From Thermoanaerobaculia bacterium (GTDB taxonomy: Bacteria; Acidobacteriota; Thermoanaerobaculia; Gp7-AA8), in NCBI GenBank assembly GCA_034665065.1, contig JAXDGL010000014.1, forward strand, positions 4,916 through 68,915: a DNA stretch of 64,000 bases, in the 5' to 3' direction. The position numbers and the translations under genes are program-made. Each line of letters begins with the position of its first letter. The first letter of the stretch is position 1. The notes under the pieces were generated by a model that made no database searches, was not told the origin of the DNA, and saw only the letters and a program-made list of their open reading frames with translations. Positions 57,802-64,000 of this stretch are shown here, piece after piece.

Positions 57802-59559
57802 TCACGCCCTCCTGATCATCACGTCGCCCATGACCAGCAGATCCATCTTCGTGCGAAGGAAACAGTCGAGTGCCTGTGCGGGTGTGTTGACGACCGGCTC
57901 GTTCTCGTTGAACGACGTGTTGAGCACGAGCGGGACGCCGGTGACGTCCCGGAACGCTTCGATGAGGTGGTAGTAACGCGCGTTCTGATCCTCGTCGACG
58001 GATTGCAGCCGCCCCGATCCGTTCACATGCGTAACCGCGGGAATCAGCGAACGCTTCTCTTCGCGGATCTGGTAGACCTGAAGCATGAAGGGTACGTCGT
58101 AGTCGGTCTCGAACCATGCGCCGACCGCGTCGCGAAGCACGGACGGCGCGAATGGACGGAACGATTCGCGCCGTTTGATTTTCTTGTTGAGGATGTCTTT
58201 CATGTCGGCGCGCCGCGGATCGCAGACAATCGAACGATTGCCGAGTGCACGCGGGCCCCACTCCATCCGTCCCTGAAACCATCCGACGACATCGCCTTCG
58301 GCAATTTGGGCGGCCGTGCGCCGGCAGAGATCGCGTTCGTCGCTCACCCGCTCGATCGTGCAACCGGCTTCATCGAGGTCCGCGCGGCGCGCTTCGATCG
58401 ACTCGTCGATGGCAACGTCGTCGTACTCCGGACCCCAATACGCGTGCGTCATCACGAACGATTTCACATTGCCGAGAAGCTCGTTCCAGACCCAGTACGC
58501 CGCGCCGATCGCGCCGCCGGCGTCACCCGCGGCGGCCTGAATGTAGAGATCCTTGTATGGTGACCGATCGAAGACCAGGCCGTTGGCGACGCTGTTGTAG
58601 CCGCAGCCACCGGCGAGGCAAAAGCGAGGGTTCTTCGTCTTCTCGTAGAGTGCATTCGCCAGCGCGAAAAATGCTTCTTCGAACATCGCCTGCATCGACG
58701 CCGCGAGATCTTTGTGGCGCTGCTCGATCGGATCGTCGGAAGAGCGCATGGGGCCGAGCCGGTCGATGAGATGCTGCGAGTAGACCGGCCCGATCACCGG
58801 CATCCCACCCTGCCAGACCATGTCGAGACCGGCGGAGTGATGGGTGAAGTAATCGAGATTGAGCTTGAACGTGCCGTCGCTCTGACCGCCGCTCTGAATA
58901 TGCACGATGTCGCGCATCGCATCCATCTGCGAAGGTTTGCCATACGGCGCCAGCCCCATGACTTTGTACTCGTCGCCGTAGTGCGGAAATCCGAGATACT
59001 GCGTCATGGCGGTGTAGAAGATGCCGAGCGAATGCGGGAAGCCGATCTCGCCGAGAACTTCGATCTTGTTCTTTGACGCGACGCCCCACATCGAGCTGAC
59101 GAAGTCGCCGAATCCGTCGACCGAAAGGACCGCCGCGTCGTCAAACGGCGCCACGAAGTAGGCTGAGGCCAGGTGCGCGCGGTGATGCTCGACGTGATGC
59201 AGACGCGGCTTCAGCGTTTCAAGACTGAAGGCCTGTTTGAGCTCCTCGTCGAGGCTAACGATGTTCGCGCGATTGGCGAGACGTTTGCGGATCGCGCCGA
59301 GGGACGGACGCTTTGCCAGGATGAATTTCGCGCGCTGAAAAAGGCGAGCGTTCGGATCGCGGTTGACCGCGATGTGGTCGACATCGTTCAGATCGACGCG
59401 CGCTTCGTCGAGGCAGTAGCGAATGGCCACCGATGGGAATCCCGCCCAATGTTTGACGCGGCGGAACCGTTCCTCCTCGGCTGCGGCGACGAGTTTTCCG
59501 TCGATCAGAATGGCGGCGGCGGCGTCGGCGTGGTGGGCGTTAATGCCAAGGATGATCAT
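57802..59559 (-). CDS. Carbamoyltransferase (NodU/CmcH/NovN family)
   Basis: MIILGINAHHADAAAAILIDGKLVAAAEEERFRRVKHWAGFP N-terminus and a C-terminal YrdC-like region. The start is at the internal Met of the track ORF. Confidence 0.85.
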   Translation of the reverse strand: MIILGINAHHADAAAAILIDGKLVAAAEEERFRRVKHWAGFPSVAIRYCLDEARVDLNDVDHIAVNRDPNARLFQRAKFILAKRPSLGAIRKRLANRANIVSLDEELKQAFSLETLKPRLHHVEHHRAHLASAYFVAPFDDAAVLSVDGFGDFVSSMWGVASKNKIEVLGEIGFPHSLGIFYTAMTQYLGFPHYGDEYKVMGLAPYGKPSQMDAMRDIVHIQSGGQSDGTFKLNLDYFTHHSAGLDMVWQGGMPVIGPVYSQHLIDRLGPMRSSDDPIEQRHKDLAASMQAMFEEAFFALANALYEKTKNPRFCLAGGCGYNSVANGLVFDRSPYKDLYIQAAAGDAGGAIGAAYWVWNELLGNVKSFVMTHAYWGPEYDDVAIDESIEARRADLDEAGCTIERVSDERDLCRRTAAQIAEGDVVGWFQGRMEWGPRALGNRSIVCDPRRADMKDILNKKIKRRESFRPFAPSVLRDAVGAWFETDYDVPFMLQVYQIREEKRSLIPAVTHVNGSGRLQSVDEDQNARYYHLIEAFRDVTGVPLVLNTSFNENEPVVNTPAQALDCFLRTKMDLLVMGDVMIRRA

Positions 59560-59573
59560 AATGGTGGCACCGC

Positions 59574-60704
59574 ATGACCGCGCGCCATGTCGTTTTCGTG
59601 AATCGTTTCTTTCATCCCGATCATTCTGCAACAAGTCAGATGCTGTCGGACCTTGCGTTTCATCTGGCGGCGCGCGGATGGTGGGTGGAGGTCGTGACGA
59701 GCCGGCAGCGTTACGGTGATGCCTCTGCACGGCTCGCGCCGGATGAAATCGTGAACGGCGTAACGGTGAAACGCGTCTGGTCGACGCGATTTGGACGGAG
59801 TTCTCTCCCCGGCCGTGCGGTCGATTACGCGACGTTTTATGCAAGCGCGTTCGTTGCGCTGCTGCGAAAAGCATCGCGTCAAACGACAATCGTTGCCCTG
59901 ACCGATCCTCCGCTGATTTCCGTCGTCGCGGCGTTCGCGGCGATGCTTCGCGGCGCTACGCTGATCAACTGGACGCAGGATCTTTTCCCGGAGGTTGCAG
60001 AGGCGCTGGGGATGCGCGCTTTGCGCGTGCTGCGCGGAATCCGCAACTGGTCGTTGCGCCGGGCCAGAGTAAACGTGGCACTCGGCGAATTGATGGCGAA
60101 GCGCCTGCCCAACGCCGTCGTGATTCCAAACTGGGCGGACGCGTCTCTCCACCCGGCCGACGGCGCGAATGACCGTTTCGTGGCCGGCTACTCCGGCAAC
60201 CTCGGACGCGCGCATGACGCGAGCACGATGATCGGCGCGATGCGGTTGCTGCGCGACGACCGGAAGATCGAGCTGCAGATCACGGGCGGAGGATCGCAAC
60301 TCGATGGGATTCGGAACGAGCGACTGCCTAACGTGCGCTTCACCGATTACGCGCCTCGCGAACAATTGAGCGAGAGTCTGTCGTCATCGGATGCGCATCT
60401 CGTGACGCTGTTGCCGTCGCTCGAGGGGTTGATCGTACCGAGTAAGTTCTATGGCGTGCTTGCCGTTGGCAGGCCCGTTCTGTTCATCGGCAGTCCTGAA
60501 GGCGAGCTGGCGCGTATCATCGTTGAACATGATTGTGGATTCGTCATCGAACAGGGAGACAGCGTTGGACTCGCTCGCAGCATCCGCGATCTCGCAGACG
60601 ATCGCGCACGCGCCCAGGCGATGGGGCAACGCGGCCGGTTGCTGTACGAGCGAGTGTTCGCACCGTCGATTGCGCTGGCCGCGTGGGAGCGCGTCCTGAC
60701 ATGA
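59574..60704 (+). CDS. Glycosyltransferase family 1 (GT4)
   Basis: HVVFVNRFFHPDHSATSQ N-terminus typical of this family. Confidence 0.85.
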   Translation: MTARHVVFVNRFFHPDHSATSQMLSDLAFHLAARGWWVEVVTSRQRYGDASARLAPDEIVNGVTVKRVWSTRFGRSSLPGRAVDYATFYASAFVALLRKASRQTTIVALTDPPLISVVAAFAAMLRGATLINWTQDLFPEVAEALGMRALRVLRGIRNWSLRRARVNVALGELMAKRLPNAVVIPNWADASLHPADGANDRFVAGYSGNLGRAHDASTMIGAMRLLRDDRKIELQITGGGSQLDGIRNERLPNVRFTDYAPREQLSESLSSSDAHLVTLLPSLEGLIVPSKFYGVLAVGRPVLFIGSPEGELARIIVEHDCGFVIEQGDSVGLARSIRDLADDRARAQAMGQRGRLLYERVFAPSIALAAWERVLT

Positions 60705-61906
60705 CCAGTCCCGGCGCACGCTTTTTCCTGATCATCACTGCGCTGATTTTGGCGGTCGCGGCCGGAGTATTTCTCACGAATCCGCCCGAGATGGGTGATG
60801 TGCGAACGCCGCCGGATGTGCATCTGCTCGGGGCGCGGATCGCGCGGCATCCGGCCGACTGGCCTGCGGCCAGCGCGCTCACCGAAGTGTCTCTCGACGC
60901 CAGAACCACGAACCGTACGCTGCTCTGGCACGCGGCCTATGAGCATGCTGCGATACTCGCCCCCGAACGGATGGATCCGCCCAACGCCTACGCGCGCGCC
61001 GCGTTTTTCCACTGGAGCGAGCTGTCGGAAGAGGACAGGCAGGACGCCTTGAGAGTATTCTCGAAGCTCCTCCGCGATCCGGGCTTCTTTCATCAAATGG
61101 CCCGCCCAATGTTCGAGTTGACGGGAGACCTGTCGTATCTCCAGCGCTCCGGCCCGCCGACAGAGAACACGATTCAATGGCTGATCGGATTCGCGTTGCC
61201 GAACGGCCGTTTCTCGGACTATCGCGTGCTACGTGGCCAGCTACAGAAGAAACGTTTCGACGAAATGAATGCCCGCATTCATACCGACACGCCGGAAGAG
61301 CTCGTGGCGCGCTTTCCGAGCCCGCCTTACCATGACGACACGGAGCCCTTGATCCAGGCCCTCCTGAACGAATTGCACCAACGGCCACTCTCTGAAAACC
61401 CCGGCCGCAAAGAGGTGACGGACGCCATCGCCGACTACGCGATACGTCATGATTTACGGCCGCTGGACGGCCTCGAAGTCATCACGCGGATTGCCGGAGC
61501 GGCGTCCGTGCAGACGCAGATCGACTTATCGAAAGTGCTCGGGCTCCAGGAGCGGGCGGCGCGGATCGAGCTGGCCTCGCACGATCCTAGAACCTCCGCA
61601 CCGCGCTCGTCGGATTGGCAAGGGTTATGTGACTACGACATCTGCGGGCGCGCATGGCGGACGATCGCGGCGCAGCACGGCATCGCCATGACCCTCGGCA
61701 CGATGCGTACGGACGAGATTCCCGCATACGCCGAAATCTATGTTGATGACACTCTGCGAAACGAGGGAGAGGTAGGCGCGAAGCGAGACTTCGTCATCCC
61801 CGTCGGCAGCAGTGGATCCCATCGGATTGAAGTGCTACTGGCGAATCCAACGACGCGTAATGGCACATCCCGCCGTATTCGCGTCGTCAGCCTCACGACT
61901 CTCTAG
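60701..61906 (+). CDS. Bitopic protein (N-terminal TM anchor plus a periplasmic domain of about 370 aa); unknown function
   Basis: ATGA overlap with the upstream GT1 gene. Anchor FFLIITALILAVAAGVFL. The 3' end overlaps the convergent ligase-family gene by 14 nt. Confidence 0.5.
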   Translation: MTSPGARFFLIITALILAVAAGVFLTNPPEMGDVRTPPDVHLLGARIARHPADWPAASALTEVSLDARTTNRTLLWHAAYEHAAILAPERMDPPNAYARAAFFHWSELSEEDRQDALRVFSKLLRDPGFFHQMARPMFELTGDLSYLQRSGPPTENTIQWLIGFALPNGRFSDYRVLRGQLQKKRFDEMNARIHTDTPEELVARFPSPPYHDDTEPLIQALLNELHQRPLSENPGRKEVTDAIADYAIRHDLRPLDGLEVITRIAGAASVQTQIDLSKVLGLQERAARIELASHDPRTSAPRSSDWQGLCDYDICGRAWRTIAAQHGIAMTLGTMRTDEIPAYAEIYVDDTLRNEGEVGAKRDFVIPVGSSGSHRIEVLLANPTTRNGTSRRIRVVSLTTL

Positions 61907-63302
61907 CGACGACGGCCGCCCCGGCGATGGCGGCCAGCGTGATCGGGTTTGCGGGGATGAAAAAATTGAAATCGACCAGCGCGTGAATCATGGCAATGGC
62001 GATGCTGGCCAGCGCCGCGGCCTTGAATGCACGCCGCCGCCAACTCATCGGCTCCCCCTCTTCCGAAAACGCGTTCCGCGCCAACGCCCAATAGCCGCCG
62101 AAGAGAGACACGATGGCCACCAGGAAACCGACCGCCCCGGTTGTCGCGAGGATCTCGGCATAGTCATTGTGTGCGTGGTTGGCCAGCACCTGGCTCGATG
62201 TGGCGCGCGTCATCAGCACCACTTCCTGGTACGTTCCGGCGCCGCTGCCAAACAGCGGAAACATCTCCCATATCCGAATGGCGCCAATGAGCGCGGCGCC
62301 CCGGCCACTACCCTGGTATCCGTTGCCCTGATCCAGCCGGCTCACGACTTCCGTCCGGCCGAGGAAAACGACTGCGGCGGCGACGACGGCGATTACCGCG
62401 ATCGAGATCAGAACACCCCGAAGAAGAGCACGCCGTCCCGGATTGGCAATCGCACCGGCGAGTGCGAATCCTCCGACCAGCGCCAGCAACGCACCTCTCG
62501 ACTCGGACACTAATACCGCCGCGATCGACGCTAAGGCGCCGACAACACTGCAGGAGAAGGGAAGGAACCGTCGCTCCATCAGCTTGACGAAGCGGCGGCT
62601 TACCAGGGCCCCGGCAGGAGCAGCGGTGTGCCACGCGTAGGCCGCAAGGTAGAGCGACATGGGAAGCAGAATCGCTGCATAGTTCGCGAAGTGGTTCGGG
62701 TTGACGAACGTGCCGGCTGGACGGCCGAAGATCAGCGTGTTTTTCCAACTCCAGACCGCGTACCTCCCGGTGGCCACTTCGTTGACGGCGTAGAGTGCTT
62801 CGAACACTGCCAGCGCCGCGAGCACCGAGGCCATCACCGTCCGGCGCGCTCTGTCTCGCACAAGAATCATCGCGGCCAGAAACGTTGCGAGATAGGCGAG
62901 CAAGCGAAAAAACTGGAGTGATGTCGCCGCGGGATCCACTGTCATTGGATGGAGCACCGGCACACTTGCACCGGCGAGCGTGGCTACACGGCTGCTGCGT
63001 TCCCAGATCACTGCCGATTGGGGAGAGAGTACGTGCAGCAACCCCATCGGCAGAGGGATGAGCTGCAAGGCGACAATCATCGTGAGCACCGCTCCACCGG
63101 CAGTCCATATCCACCCCGGAAGCGTCATCCGGAAGCTCGGCTCGCGGATCGCGCGCAGCAGGGCCGCCATTGCACAGAGGGTGAGAGAAATCACGACGAG
63201 CGGACGTTGCGACGAATCGCTCGCCGAGCCGAACGGCATCGGCACCCAGACCAGGAAGGCCAGGAGCAACACGAACAGCCCAAAGTCTGCCCTCTTCATC
63301 AT
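61893..63302 (-). CDS. O-antigen ligase-family (Wzy_C/WaaL) polytopic membrane protein
   Basis: About 12 TM helices and the family motif HAHNDYAEILATTG in a periplasmic loop. Confidence 0.75.
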   Translation of the reverse strand: MMKRADFGLFVLLLAFLVWVPMPFGSASDSSQRPLVVISLTLCAMAALLRAIREPSFRMTLPGWIWTAGGAVLTMIVALQLIPLPMGLLHVLSPQSAVIWERSSRVATLAGASVPVLHPMTVDPAATSLQFFRLLAYLATFLAAMILVRDRARRTVMASVLAALAVFEALYAVNEVATGRYAVWSWKNTLIFGRPAGTFVNPNHFANYAAILLPMSLYLAAYAWHTAAPAGALVSRRFVKLMERRFLPFSCSVVGALASIAAVLVSESRGALLALVGGFALAGAIANPGRRALLRGVLISIAVIAVVAAAVVFLGRTEVVSRLDQGNGYQGSGRGAALIGAIRIWEMFPLFGSGAGTYQEVVLMTRATSSQVLANHAHNDYAEILATTGAVGFLVAIVSLFGGYWALARNAFSEEGEPMSWRRRAFKAAALASIAIAMIHALVDFNFFIPANPITLAAIAGAAVVARES

Positions 63303-63398
63303 CGGATTGAACTTGTTCTTCCCATTGTAGATGGCGTGCTACCATCTGGGCGGTCCATTTTGCGATTCATTGCAGTTCATCAGGGAAGTGGAGGGTTC

Positions 63399-64000
63399 GT
63401 GGGGCAAGGAAAGCGGCTTTTCATCGCCCTGGTGGTTTTTGCCTGCTGTGCGCGGAGTGTGCTCGCGCAAAATGGTCTAAGAGACCGCGAGCGAGCCTTT
63501 TCGGCCAGCCAGCAGATCGCCAGCGATCTGCGTAGAGCGCATTTCCACCATGGAGCGTTTTATTTACTTAATACAATTCAACTATCCGATATCGGATATG
63601 ACTCGTCTTTCTATGTCCCCACCGCGGACCGTCAGTCGGGCTTTCATTTCGGCATCCAGGCGCCCACGAGGCTTTACATCGTTCCGCGCAAGAAAACCGT
63701 TTACTCGCTCGACGTGCGTCCTGAGTGGAGTTTTTTTGGGAAAGGCGGCAAGAAGATTGTTTTCGGCTACCAGGCCCGCGCCGACGCGCAATATCTGCTC
63801 AATCACCTGTACCTCGATTTTTACGTAATCGCTGGCAATCAACTGCGCGCGGATGTCGCGGAGATCGCCAGGCTGCTCACGGAAAAAAGGGCCACCACCG
63901 GCGTATCCGGCGAGCTCAAATACTCCAGCCGCACCAGCATGACGTTCAATGCCTCAGTCGGCAAGACCAGCCACCCGCTGGGCGCCATCCAACCGGCGGC
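63399..64000 (+). CDS. Secreted protein, partial (continues beyond the right window edge); possible outer-membrane beta-barrel
   Basis: GGAGGG lies 4 nt upstream of a GTG. A signal peptide (KRLFIALVVFACCARSVLAQ) is followed by alternating aromatic-rich strands. The ORF is open to the window end. Confidence 0.4.
   Translation, partial: MGQGKRLFIALVVFACCARSVLAQNGLRDRERAFSASQQIASDLRRAHFHHGAFYLLNTIQLSDIGYDSSFYVPTADRQSGFHFGIQAPTRLYIVPRKKTVYSLDVRPEWSFFGKGGKKIVFGYQARADAQYLLNHLYLDFYVIAGNQLRADVAEIARLLTEKRATTGVSGELKYSSRTSMTFNASVGKTSHPLGAIQPA

Noticed and set aside
1-64000. Search for CRISPR arrays, tRNA/rRNA genes, transposases or integrases
   Set aside because: No regularly spaced direct repeats, no cloverleaf-like sequences in intergenic spacers, and no transposase- or integrase-like ORFs were seen. 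The only decayed region (43.6-44.6 kb) does not resemble an IS element.

Overview
This 64-kb window comes from a high-GC bacterium (about 65-70% GC). The VWA protein at 3933..5642 is of the acidobacterial VWFA-related type, which points to Acidobacteriota; that assignment is an inference. The left 9 kb holds housekeeping and other genes: two polytopic membrane proteins, dapF, the VWA protein convergent with a MoxR AAA+ ATPase with a cluster of tiny membrane-protein ORFs between them, and an ETF-ubiquinone oxidoreductase. From about 9.2 kb to the right edge the window is one large glycan (O-antigen/EPS-type) biosynthesis locus on alternating strands. It contains a WecA/MraY-family initiating transferase, an AsnB-type amidotransferase, Gmd, the Wzm/Wzt ABC exporter, and at least 14 GT1/GT2-family glycosyltransferases. 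It also contains several large GT-C-like polytopic membrane proteins, two O-antigen-ligase/Wzy-superfamily proteins, five SAM methyltransferases, a NodU/CmcH-type carbamoyltransferase, two NAD-dependent sugar epimerases, a WecE-like aminotransferase with a GNAT and a WbqC-like protein, a PhyH-family dioxygenase, and an ArnC-like GT2 beside a pair of ArnE/F-like small membrane proteins. The most unusual element is at 31.4-37.0 kb: an operon encoding an FkbH-like loader, an acyl carrier protein, a MaoC dehydratase, an SDR reductase, an MBOAT membrane O-acyltransferase and an AlgJ/DltD-type periplasmic partner. This looks like a Dlt-like carrier-protein-dependent glycan acylation system whose acyl unit derives from a glycolytic C3 intermediate. 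A second, paralogous ACP sits convergently next to it with a hexapeptide acyltransferase and a 661-aa membrane protein. Other notable points are a plant-type RGP/GT75 (UDP-arabinopyranose-mutase-like) homolog, a lower-GC mosaic segment at 42.2-48.4 kb with a roughly 1-kb decayed gene remnant, tandem paralogous micro-proteins between the VWA and MoxR genes, and a G-rich/C-rich imperfect inverted repeat in the divergent region upstream of the locus. No rRNA, tRNA, CRISPR array or obvious transposase was found. The many long R/D/E-rich ORFs in the six-frame track are antisense artifacts of the high GC content. All product calls come from motif recognition by eye; no database searches were run.
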